Origin: a virus
DNA length: 64,000 bases
IMG/VR virus record: IMGVR_UViG_3300033552_000001
Span: 32,001-96,000 of that record
Direction: 5' to 3' (one strand)
Under the pieces are notes generated by a model. The model was not told where the DNA came from, searched no databases, and saw only the letters and a list, made by a program, of their open reading frames with translations. How positions within the stretch are numbered: the first letter of the stretch is position 1; every line of letters starts with the position of its first letter. A program made the position numbers and the translations under genes. This document shows, piece by piece, positions 50,301 through 58,491 of the stretch.

Positions 50301-52518
50301 TGTATGGGAAATTGAATATGCTTTAAGTGGACATGTTACAAATTCTGGACAATTGTTTTTTGCTTATCTTACTGATAATGCAAATATTACAATTCCCAAC
50401 ACTTCAATTCATTTACATTCTGGAGCTGCTAATGCTTCATTAACATTAAGTCAGAGAGCTGTAATTACTACAATAGGAGCAGCAACTTACAAACTTAAAG
50501 CAGGAGTTAGTTCTGGTGGTGGTACTATTAGTAATAGTTTACAAACTACAACTAATCCAGGAGGTAGTTCAAGAATTAATTGGAAAAAGATTTCAGGATT
50601 TGTTCCAGTGATAGGTCAAAGTGTAGAAACTACTTATGCTAAACAGACTACAACTCAAGGTACTCCTTCAAATGGAACTGCTTTAAACTTTGAAAATATT
50701 GATGGAACTACGCCATTTTCTGGAGGAACAACATTTACATTATCTGCTAATAAAACATATTATTTACAAGGTGCTGCTGGTATTATGTCAGGTTCAAATG
50801 GTGGATTTAGTGTACAGTTTTATAATGTAATTACTGGACTTTACATTGGTATTGCATCAATGACAAGTTCTCCAGCCAACGGACAAAATCATACACCTTC
50901 TGGTGGGGGAGTAGCAACTGCTAAAATTACACCAACTATAAATACACAAATACAATTAAGAATAATTAATATTCAAGGAACTGCTGGTATTATTGGTGGT
51001 TCAGGGCTTATAAATGCGGGTGCTGGTGTTGGTTCAGGAGATAGTGGTAATAGTGCGTCATGGTTAAAAATCACCCAAGAAGGTTCAAGTGCTTATTCAG
51101 TTCTTAATACTTATGTAGGGGCAACTTCAACTACTGCTGGAATAACAGGTGGAGTACCAGTATCAGCAATAGGAGATCAAGGAAAAGTATTATTAGCTGA
51201 TGGAACTTGGATAACTCCTTTTACAGAAATTAATAGAATTAAACCAGCAACAGCAACCAATACAATTGATAATACAAATTTTAATCAAACTTGGAACTGG
51301 TCAACTGCTACTACTCAAAATGCTTTAAATTTAGTAGCTCCTTCTTTAACAACTGGTGCTTTATTATCATTAATTTCATCGGCAACTACAACAGCATTAA
51401 CAATACCATCTGGCAAAGTTGGCATTGGGACTGCAACTCCAAATTCTACTGCAAAATTAGAAGTAGTTGGTAATATTCTTTCTACAACATTTACTAAATC
51501 AGGCGGTTTAGTTTCTCAAAATTTATTAGCGGATGGTACTGTTTTTGATAAATATAATAGCTCAATATCAACTGGAGTTTATTTTCAAAACTCAACACTT
51601 GCTACAACATTAATAGATGGAATGACTGTTACACCACCATTAGCAGGTACTTATAAAATAGACTTTAATGGTCAGTTCAATACCCAACTTGCTAATGTTA
51701 CTCAACAAGCCACAGTAGATTTGAATGCTTTGTATTTAGATTTAAATTCACAACCTGTTACTGGCATTTTTCCATTATTTACTTCAGGTACAACAATTAC
51801 TCCAGGAGTTTATTATGTTGCAGGAGCAGTTGCTATATCTGGAACAATAACTTTAAATGGAGGGGGTAATGCTAATTCAATATTTATATTTAGAACTGAT
51901 GCAGCATTATCTACTTCTGCAAGTTGTGTGTTTAATCTTGTGAATGGAGCTGCTGCTAAAAATATATTTTTTATAGCTGTTGGAGCAATAACAATTGGAG
52001 CAAGCAGTAATATATCTGGCACATTTATTTCTCCTTCAGCACCTATTAACATTGGTTCTGGAGCATACATAAATGGTAGATTTTATTCAATTGGTTCAGC
52101 TCTTACAGTGAATGGTAGTGTAATATTATCAGCACCTTCAACAACATTTGCAATGGGTGTTTTAGCTAACTTTATTTTATTTACAACATCAGGGACAGTT
52201 ACTAACAGTGGGGCAAATACATTTGTGGGAGATATTGGTACAAATAGTGGTCTTGTTACTGGATTTGAAGCAGCTACTGTTTCAGGTAGTATTTATTTAC
52301 CAAATCAAGGGGCTTCATTAGTTGCTGTTTCAATTTACATAGATAATGTTATAGTGAGTACTTCAACAAGAGAAAGAGTTGATACAATTGATAAAGTAGA
52401 TGTTATACTAACAGAAACAGTATCTCTTACAGCAGGTCAGGTTATTTCTATAAAAGTTTTAAATTCGATTGGTATTTCTAGATTTTATAATAGAAATTTA
52501 AGAGTAAGTAAAATATAA
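47362..52518 (+). CDS. Long tail fibre / receptor-binding protein with internal duplication and C-terminal DUF3494 (ice-binding-like) domain
   Basis: 1718 aa; repeated modules at about 48784-49494 and 49933-50637; GKVGIGTATP fibre motif; TITPGVY...NANSIFIFRT...NGAAAKNIFF...GRFYS DUF3494 signature. Confidence 0.8.
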   Translation: MAIYQDSSSGVQKTNVLNLPVNGNILTAATSVDTYTNITFLQTTPGITATLLNPTVTTVHKVIVLENLPSSTTAINIVSALSLPFSLGIGKSVQLVWNGTNWSKLIGDGKVTYGIGIPLTISSDNLNDTYILTDSGINTGIVQSVWVFDGLYWKKTVTIIEPVIEFSVNTNPNTALTTFLPNIVKRIDVLYRSTIDGSLWSSDGVNYISTVVTLNRTIQSISATGNIIAWNSVVQIGATPLTTNIILTLPSNIGSKNKDIVFKRLDSTLFTVTILPFGTESVQITTPESINSQYGALTIHSISNIKSQQTGNIGISGSTPTISYLHAKRINSNQTISSGSWSNRDIILNGYEGNIPYNTTTGVATLSAGTAYKITAGLGILAGGNYLIQYSLVDAVTNAVISPVIEMVQSSNNTFNVSAPTLNFIYKPSVTQSVKLRFGGGTNMQSGESIRFELLSNLTITQIGSTPTLVNQALTTGDFPVGGAIQATVIDPYVLGFNIPQTTPNQTLVIPAPASSTDSRIIYINNTGTADFKIGDITVGVNKTVAYIWNGVIWSNFSTEVVGAVLSEYGENLIITDAQPLGGSVSDVLGSSFTLPTAGIWEVEYSLTGRVDSTGSNWYSYITNTSNFVIPNSTIQSFTSGGNNATMTLNQKVLISVTGSTSYKLRAACHPISVGSIFNSVPLAGGNGGTSRITWKKVSGYLPVIGSTVDYVFLKPTSNGGSAVVNTDIGLGIALSGNLTVVNNTISLLAGKTYELEAFLDYTSSVAPTNSYLEYYWTDNAGIRLPNSSGGLAIQANSSDGSISVLAKGYITTTIATVVKLRTTLVSGAVTLVPSNSYVSAKQVGSTALITNTSIPISNLPTGGNIQTALIDPYILGFNINQTTANQLLNIPNPTTASVNRIIYINNVGTVSFITNGLAITAGQTGAFIWNGVAWSTFSAQTSGSVLSEYGENLGIVNNQGVTTSITDVTGSSFTIPSAGVWEIEYALSGHVTNSGQLFFAYLTDNANITIPNTSIHLHSGAANASLTLSQRAVITTIGAATYKLKAGVSSGGGTISNSLQTTTNPGGSSRINWKKISGFVPVIGQSVETTYAKQTTTQGTPSNGTALNFENIDGTTPFSGGTTFTLSANKTYYLQGAAGIMSGSNGGFSVQFYNVITGLYIGIASMTSSPANGQNHTPSGGGVATAKITPTINTQIQLRIINIQGTAGIIGGSGLINAGAGVGSGDSGNSASWLKITQEGSSAYSVLNTYVGATSTTAGITGGVPVSAIGDQGKVLLADGTWITPFTEINRIKPATATNTIDNTNFNQTWNWSTATTQNALNLVAPSLTTGALLSLISSATTTALTIPSGKVGIGTATPNSTAKLEVVGNILSTTFTKSGGLVSQNLLADGTVFDKYNSSISTGVYFQNSTLATTLIDGMTVTPPLAGTYKIDFNGQFNTQLANVTQQATVDLNALYLDLNSQPVTGIFPLFTSGTTITPGVYYVAGAVAISGTITLNGGGNANSIFIFRTDAALSTSASCVFNLVNGAAAKNIFFIAVGAITIGASSNISGTFISPSAPINIGSGAYINGRFYSIGSALTVNGSVILSAPSTTFAMGVLANFILFTTSGTVTNSGANTFVGDIGTNSGLVTGFEAATVSGSIYLPNQGASLVAVSIYIDNVIVSTSTRERVDTIDKVDVILTETVSLTAGQVISIKVLNSIGISRFYNRNLRVSKI

Positions 52519-52545
52519 GCACACCCACATAATATTAATAAATAA

Positions 52546-52896
52546 ATGCAAGCAAAATCACTTTTAGAAATAATAAATGGCATCCTTGAAAGTAATCATA
52601 AAACATTAGTAATAAGCTGGTTATTCACAGGAAGCATTATTACTTATTTATACAACAACAATGTCTCATTACAATCAAAGTTAGATTTAAGTCAAGCAAA
52701 TAATCAAACATTACTTATTAAATCTAATGACAATTGTGAAGAACAAATTAAAAACAATAGAGCTAAGTTTCAGTTTCAATTAGATGATTTTATTAATAAA
52801 TCAAATAATAGAAGAGATAGTACAGAGAATTATTTTTACAATGAACTTAGAAAAGCAAATCAAAAAATTAATGAAAAAATAATCAAAATCCAATGA
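52546..52896 (+). CDS. Membrane protein, possible holin/spanin component
   Basis: One hydrophobic segment TLVISWLFTGSIITYLY then coiled coil; upstream of the endolysin. Confidence 0.45.
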   Translation: MQAKSLLEIINGILESNHKTLVISWLFTGSIITYLYNNNVSLQSKLDLSQANNQTLLIKSNDNCEEQIKNNRAKFQFQLDDFINKSNNRRDSTENYFYNELRKANQKINEKIIKIQ

Positions 52897-53138
52897 AAAC
52901 ATTAACAATTATTCTTTTAGTTCTTTTTATAGGTCTTTTAAGCAAGGATAACCACGAACATAAAATAGTGTTTACAGCTCCTAAATTAAAAGAAACACCT
53001 GTTAAAAAGATTTCTCAAAAAGTTGAGACTCAATTGCACATTCTTCAAAATAATATGAAGAAATATGATAGAGTAATAAAAATAAAAGCATTACAAGATA
53101 GTATTATAGTGATACCAGATACTGTTATTAAAAAATAA
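52893..53138 (+). CDS. Small exported/membrane-anchored protein, possible lysis accessory
   Basis: MKTLTIILLVLFIGLLS signal/TM; ATGA overlap with the previous gene. Confidence 0.45.
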   Translation: MKTLTIILLVLFIGLLSKDNHEHKIVFTAPKLKETPVKKISQKVETQLHILQNNMKKYDRVIKIKALQDSIIVIPDTVIKK

Positions 53139-53174
53139 AAGATGTTTAAAAAATCTGATTTTTAGATTAAGTTA

Positions 53175-53190
53175 TAATTTTGTATTTTTG
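53175..53190 (+). promoter_or_regulatory. Bacteroidota -7 boxes upstream of the homing endonuclease
   Basis: TAATTTTG (53175-53182) and TATTTTTG (53183-53190) both match TAnnTTTG. Confidence 0.5.
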
Positions 53191-53202
53191 TATAAAAAAA
53201 AT

Positions 53203-54183
53203 ATGACATCTGGAATTTATAAAATAACATCTCCTTCTAATAAGATTTACATAGGGCAATCTATGGATATAGAAAAAAGGTTTAGACAGTACAAAAATAA
53301 TCATTTTACTAAACAAGTAAGATTAAACCATTCTATAAATAAATATGGATTTGATAATCATGTACTTGAAATTATTGAAGAATGTTTATTTGAACAATTA
53401 AATTTTAGAGAAAGACATTGGCAAGAACATTATGATGTTATAGGAAAAAATGGATTAAATTGTGTTTTAGTTAATACTAAATATAAAAAAGCAGTTCCTT
53501 CTAAAGAGTCTATTGAAAAAAATAGAAATACACATAAAGAACTTTATAGACAAGGAAAAAGTCCTTTATGTAAATTACATTTGTTTCAAGTAGGTGTAAA
53601 TGCTTCTTTTTATGGTAGAAAACATTCTGATAAAGCAAAACAAGAAATGAGTCAAGCTAAATTAGGTATAAAATGGACAGATGAATTTAGAAGAATAAGA
53701 AAAGAAAATTATATAAAAGAAAATCATCCAAATTATAATAAATCTCATTCTGAAATAACAAGAAAAAAAATATCAGAAAGAGCAAAAGAAAGATTAAGTA
53801 TATTTCATTGTAATGCTAAAAGAGTTATTAACATAGAAACTTTAGAAGTATTTAAAGATGTTAAAACAGCTAATTTATCAATATTAGAATTAAACAAAAC
53901 TAGAAGAGAGTTAAGTAGAATTTTATCTTATGCAACTTATAATCCTTCTAAATTAATGTTTTGTGAAAACTATGAAAATTTAGAAAAAAGAGAAGAAGGA
54001 TTATTAAAAATGAATAAAGAATTTCCAATAAAAGCAGTTATAAATACAATCACAAAAGAAATTTTTAATACAGTAAAAGAAGCTGCAAAGTCAATAAGTA
54101 TGGATAAAGGAAGTTTAAGTAATAGATTAAGAAATGTAATTTTTAATAATACTGACTTTATATTTTTATCAAATTATAAATAA
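53203..54183 (+). CDS. Free-standing GIY-YIG homing endonuclease with NUMOD3 and NUMOD1-like DNA-binding repeats
   Basis: Likely start ATG 53203: SGIYKITSPSNKIYIGQS...R; NUMOD3 FYGRKHSDKAKQEMS and NYNKSHSEITRKKISE; C-terminal FNTVKEAAKSI. Confidence 0.9.
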   Translation: MTSGIYKITSPSNKIYIGQSMDIEKRFRQYKNNHFTKQVRLNHSINKYGFDNHVLEIIEECLFEQLNFRERHWQEHYDVIGKNGLNCVLVNTKYKKAVPSKESIEKNRNTHKELYRQGKSPLCKLHLFQVGVNASFYGRKHSDKAKQEMSQAKLGIKWTDEFRRIRKENYIKENHPNYNKSHSEITRKKISERAKERLSIFHCNAKRVINIETLEVFKDVKTANLSILELNKTRRELSRILSYATYNPSKLMFCENYENLEKREEGLLKMNKEFPIKAVINTITKEIFNTVKEAAKSISMDKGSLSNRLRNVIFNNTDFIFLSNYK

Positions 54184-54185
54184 AT

Positions 54186-54740
54186 ATGAACTTTACAAAA
54201 AAAGACTTTGAAGAATTTAAAATAGTTAATACTGATTTATATTTAAATTGGTTTAATTTGTATTGTGTAGAGTTTAAAATTAATACAGCAGATAGATTAC
54301 TTTGCTTCCTGCCTAATTTACTACATGAATCTAATAATTTTGAATGGGTTAAAGAAATTTTACCTAAAAACAATCCTATTTATGTAAAAAAACTTGGTAA
54401 TTATTTTGGCAGAGGGCTTATGCAAGTCACTCATCAAAAAAACTATAAATTATTTAATGATTGGTGTAATTTAAATATTAAAGAATTTAATAAAGATTTT
54501 ATTAAAAACCCTGAATTATTACAAACTCCACAATATGCTGTATTATCGGCATTTTGGTTTTGGAAAAGTAATAATTTAGAAAAATATGCGGACAGAAAAG
54601 ATTTTTTAAATGTATGCTCATTAATTAATACAGGCAGAATACAAAAGCCTTCAAAGCCACATAAAATAAATGGATTGGATGACAGAATTAAAAAGTATGC
54701 AGTCATTGAAAAATGGTGCATTAAAAACAAAATAACATAA
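54186..54740 (+). CDS. Glycoside hydrolase family 19 (chitinase-like) endolysin
   Basis: LHES...E, YFGRGLMQVTHQKNY, NPELL...AVLSAFWFW, IN...NGLDDR motifs. Confidence 0.9.
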   Translation: MNFTKKDFEEFKIVNTDLYLNWFNLYCVEFKINTADRLLCFLPNLLHESNNFEWVKEILPKNNPIYVKKLGNYFGRGLMQVTHQKNYKLFNDWCNLNIKEFNKDFIKNPELLQTPQYAVLSAFWFWKSNNLEKYADRKDFLNVCSLINTGRIQKPSKPHKINGLDDRIKKYAVIEKWCIKNKIT

Positions 54741-54958
54741 TGCATAATTGTCAAACTTGTGGTTGTAATAGCCATTCAACTTGTAATTGTAATACTCCTA
54801 TAATTGCAAGACCAGTAGGTCAAATATCTGGTGAATTATTAGGAAGTAATCAAATTGCTTTAATTCAAAATGGAGCAGTAATTGGTACAATTCCTGTGGT
54901 ATCATCAGGAGGAACAACAGATATATTAGATGCTTTTGGTGATGTAATCCCTAATTAA
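54740..54958 (+). CDS. Small protein with Cys/His-rich N-terminus
   Basis: MHNCQTCGCNSHSTCNCN; TAATG-coupled to the endolysin. Confidence 0.6.
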   Translation: MHNCQTCGCNSHSTCNCNTPIIARPVGQISGELLGSNQIALIQNGAVIGTIPVVSSGGTTDILDAFGDVIPN

Positions 54959-54959
54959 A

Positions 54960-55244
54960 ATGAAAACAGACAAACCTTTTATAGAAACAGTATATCTTGA
55001 TGAATTATATCCTGTTATTATAGGAAATGCAACAGGATATAATATTATAAATGTTTATGATGAGAATTTTCTATTGGTTAAATCAATAGCAAATCTTTAC
55101 AATAAATTTATAATAAACTTAGATGATGTAATAGTAAACAGTTCTGCTTTTACATTTACAGCTACCAGTCCTGGTAAAACAGAAAGTAATTACAGCAGAA
55201 TATTAACAAAAAGAACTTATTTAACAGGATGTCAAAACAAGTAG
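54960..55244 (+). CDS. Hypothetical protein (tail cluster)
   Basis: 94-aa ORF tightly packed in the operon. Confidence 0.55.
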   Translation: MKTDKPFIETVYLDELYPVIIGNATGYNIINVYDENFLLVKSIANLYNKFIINLDDVIVNSSAFTFTATSPGKTESNYSRILTKRTYLTGCQNK

Positions 55245-55717
55245 TAATATTAAACAATCTATCAGATGGATTTTTTGATAAAGGTGTAAAGGAATCTAAA
55301 AAGGTTCAATATAAATTAGGAATGTCTATTTCAGAATTAAGAAGTACTAACCAAGTTCTTCCTGTTATATTTATTACTGATTCAGGAGTTGCTGGGAGTT
55401 TTAGACTTGATGTAGCAGATAGTATTACTCCTGATGATGGAGCTAATGTACTACTCTCTTTAAATGGAAAGAGATATAAAAGAGTAGGTGGCTTTACACA
55501 AAGAAAAGAAGTATTTATTAATTTAATAGCAGGAAATGATTCTGTGGTCTTACAATTTAAACCTTTTGATTTATCTACATTAGTAGTAAGTAGAAATGGA
55601 TTTATTGTCAATGACTTTGGAATTAATAATAAAACTATTACTTTTCTTACATCATTTGGAAATAGTTCAGGAGCTGCAATTGCTTCTGAAGAAATCATTG
55701 TAACTTACTCTAGCTAA
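55229..55717 (+). CDS. Tail adaptor-like protein sharing modules with both downstream fibre genes
   Basis: ITDSGVAGSF...DDG...GKRYKR matches the tailspike N-terminus; C-terminal LSTLVVSRNGF...SSGA matches the 284-aa protein. Confidence 0.6.
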   Translation: MSKQVVILNNLSDGFFDKGVKESKKVQYKLGMSISELRSTNQVLPVIFITDSGVAGSFRLDVADSITPDDGANVLLSLNGKRYKRVGGFTQRKEVFINLIAGNDSVVLQFKPFDLSTLVVSRNGFIVNDFGINNKTITFLTSFGNSSGAAIASEEIIVTYSS

Positions 55718-55760
55718 AATTAAAATTAATTAACATAAATAACCAAATAAATAATAACCA

Positions 55761-56615
55761 ATGGCAAGAGCTAGAATTGGATTACAATTAGAGAAATCCA
55801 CAACTGCAGGTAGTATTGTAAAAACTTCTGCAATTAATGAACAAGAGTATTTAAGTCCTGGTTCAAATGGGCAAGTATTAACAGTGGTAGCTGGTGTTCC
55901 AGCATGGGGAACAATTCCTTTTCCATCTGAATTTGAGCAAGTAGCTAATAATGCAGCAAGACCAGTAACAGGATCATTAGATGTAATTTATTATGCAACT
56001 GCAGAAAATGTATTTAGTATTTGGACTGGAACAGTTTATGTAACAGTACCATCTTCTCCTTCATTTACTCTTGCAGGTAATTCAGGAACTTCTCAAAGTA
56101 TTGCCTCTGGAAGTACATTATCAGTATTAGCTTCTTTAGGATTTGCTACAGTAGCATCAGCCACAGGAATTGTTACTTTAACTCCTCCAGCAGGTGTTAC
56201 TACAGGTAATGTAATGACTTGGAATGGTACAATTTGGACATCAACAGCTCCTGCATCTTCTTCATTTACATTAGCAGGTGATACAGGTACTTCACAAACA
56301 GTAACTGGAGGTTCAACTGCTACTATTAAAGGTGGAGTTACATCAGGAGTTTTAGTAACAATGTCTGCTACAAATACAGCAACTATTACTTTAAAGAAAC
56401 AAAGAGATGTATTTGCTCCAGTATCAGCAGCTACCACTGTTACATTAACTCAAACTCCTAATTTATCTACTCTTGAGATTTTTAGGAATGGTTTTTTACA
56501 GGATTTAACAACTGATTATACTGTTGCAGGTTTGGTAGTCACTTTTGTAGTAGCATTTAATGCTTCTTCAGGTGCAACAAATACAGAGTCTGTTTCAGCT
56601 ATTTACAATTTTTAA
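55761..56615 (+). CDS. Tail fibre-like structural protein
   Basis: PGSNGQVLTVVAGVPAWG fibre motif, duplicated SFTLAG(N/D)(S/T)GTSQ module, GNVMTWNGTIW. Confidence 0.7.
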   Translation: MARARIGLQLEKSTTAGSIVKTSAINEQEYLSPGSNGQVLTVVAGVPAWGTIPFPSEFEQVANNAARPVTGSLDVIYYATAENVFSIWTGTVYVTVPSSPSFTLAGNSGTSQSIASGSTLSVLASLGFATVASATGIVTLTPPAGVTTGNVMTWNGTIWTSTAPASSSFTLAGDTGTSQTVTGGSTATIKGGVTSGVLVTMSATNTATITLKKQRDVFAPVSAATTVTLTQTPNLSTLEIFRNGFLQDLTTDYTVAGLVVTFVVAFNASSGATNTESVSAIYNF

Positions 56616-56634
56616 CAGGTAACATTTATAAATA

Positions 56635-56683
56635 TATATTATTTAGTTATATTTGTAGCTAATAAATATAACTAAATAATATA
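56635..56683. promoter_or_regulatory. Perfect 20-bp inverted repeat overlapping a TATATTTG promoter box
   Basis: tatattatttagttatattt (56635-56654), 9-nt loop, aaatataactaaataatata (56664-56683); TATATTTG at 56648-56655. Confidence 0.65.
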
Positions 56684-56698
56684 AAATAATTAAATATT

Positions 56699-58456
56699 AT
56701 GTCAAGAGCAAGATTAAATACACAATTAGAGGTTTCAAAACAACCTAATATGATATTAGCTTCTAATTCACAAAATGGAGCTAATGAAATGGTGTATAAG
56801 GAATTTAACACAACCTTAGCAAATTTAAAAACATCAACAAATCTTTTTTATCCATTTGTAGTGATTACAGATATAGGTAAAGAAGGTATGTTTAAATATG
56901 ATAGTACTGACACAACTTCTGTAAATGATGACATTTACATGATTGTTGATGGTGCTGGTAAAAGATATAAAAGAACTTCTGATATTGTAGATACTAAATT
57001 ACATAAAGTGTTAACAATTGCTAATTTACAAACATATACTCAATCTATACTTTCTTATTTTGATGGAAGTATTTGGGAAAAAAAGGGAGGTAATGTAGTA
57101 AGTAATGGTGGTACTTTTGCTGGTACAATTATACAAGTCAATACTTCATTTTATTGGGAAAGAAAGGTTGAGAATTATGTATATCCAGAATGGTTTGGTG
57201 CTAATACTGCAAATACTAATAACAGTGCTGAATTACAAAAAACTATAGATTATGCTATTGCAAATAATTTTTCTGTTAAGTTGACAAGAAAAGCAGGAGG
57301 TAGTTTGGGTCTTTATAAAATAACATCACCTTTAACTATTAGTAATAGAATTTCAATTATTGGAGATGGTATCAATTATTGTGGTATATTTTGCATTGGT
57401 TGTCATGGATTTGTTATTAGTGAGGGGGTTAATAATGTTACAATAAAAGATTTAGCAATAATTGCAGGTACAAGATATACAACAACTGTTCATAACTTTA
57501 TTGCTATACAAACTTTAGGTACTTTTGCTTCTCAAAACTATTGGCATATTTATAAAGATTTATTTCTTGATGGTTTTAGATGGGGAATACAATGTCCATA
57601 TACTTGGTCTACTACAATTAACAGTGTTACAAGTGTTTTTTGTGGTGGTGGTATTAATGCCCCAGGACAATCAGTCAATAACTTTGTTTCTCAATGTCAA
57701 TTCACAGGAAATAATGAATCTGCTTCTATTGGTATTCAGCTTGGTGATGGTGCAATGGTTATTGAAGGTTGGGGAATTACAGATTGTTTAATTGCAAATT
57801 TTGCAGTAGGAATACAAATCAATGGAGGAAGTAATATCACCATCAGAGGAAATATCATTGATTTCTTTTCACAAAGAGGAATTTTCCTTCAAAGTAATGC
57901 TATTGGAGCTTCTATGAATTGTACTATTTCAGAAAACTATTTGGCTTGTAGTGCTGTAGGTTCAACAGGTATTTGGTTATTAAATAATTTTGCAGGCTCA
58001 ATTTCACAAAACAGAGGTAATACTATTAGTGATAATCAAATTCTTTTTTACAGTCCAAGTTCATTAGCTTATGGAATTTATGTTTCAGGAACAGCTGAAA
58101 TAAGCAATACAATTACAGGAAATAAAATTGAAGCTACTTCATTTGATTTAAGAGTGACTACAGGAATTAACACTGTTGTATCCAATAATAATTTTAAAGG
58201 AGCTGGTTATTTTGGAGATATTGCTGTTAATTATTATGGAAATAGAGGAATTATCCAATCAAGTGCTGTTACTTTATTTCAATCAAACGGAAAAACAAAA
58301 ATTTATTATGATAGTGTAATTCCAACAACAGGAACTTATACAATAGGAGATATATTATATAATGTAACTCCAGCTCCTTCTGTTTATGTTGGATGGGTAT
58401 GTACTGTAAGTGGGACTCCTGGAACATGGAAAGGATTTGGACTAATACAAACATAA
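56699..58456 (+). CDS. Tailspike / right-handed beta-helix depolymerase (pectate-lyase-like)
   Basis: YVYPEWFGA...NSAELQKTIDYA...GLYKITSPL pectate_lyase_3-type start followed by beta-helix repeats; C-terminal GWVCTVSGTPGTWKGFG. Confidence 0.85.
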   Translation: MSRARLNTQLEVSKQPNMILASNSQNGANEMVYKEFNTTLANLKTSTNLFYPFVVITDIGKEGMFKYDSTDTTSVNDDIYMIVDGAGKRYKRTSDIVDTKLHKVLTIANLQTYTQSILSYFDGSIWEKKGGNVVSNGGTFAGTIIQVNTSFYWERKVENYVYPEWFGANTANTNNSAELQKTIDYAIANNFSVKLTRKAGGSLGLYKITSPLTISNRISIIGDGINYCGIFCIGCHGFVISEGVNNVTIKDLAIIAGTRYTTTVHNFIAIQTLGTFASQNYWHIYKDLFLDGFRWGIQCPYTWSTTINSVTSVFCGGGINAPGQSVNNFVSQCQFTGNNESASIGIQLGDGAMVIEGWGITDCLIANFAVGIQINGGSNITIRGNIIDFFSQRGIFLQSNAIGASMNCTISENYLACSAVGSTGIWLLNNFAGSISQNRGNTISDNQILFYSPSSLAYGIYVSGTAEISNTITGNKIEATSFDLRVTTGINTVVSNNNFKGAGYFGDIAVNYYGNRGIIQSSAVTLFQSNGKTKIYYDSVIPTTGTYTIGDILYNVTPAPSVYVGWVCTVSGTPGTWKGFGLIQT

Positions 58457-58491
58457 ATAATACAATAACAATTTAAACTAAATAAAAAAAA

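Noticed and set aside
53139-54185. Group I intron around the GIY-YIG gene
   Set aside because: Only about 65 nt upstream and 2 nt downstream are non-coding, there is no recognisable intron core, and flanking genes are complete ORFs.
55306-56437. Antisense ORFs 55306-55698 and 56093-56437
   Set aside because: They lie opposite well-supported tail genes whose Thr/Gly/Ala/Ser codons rarely produce antisense stops.
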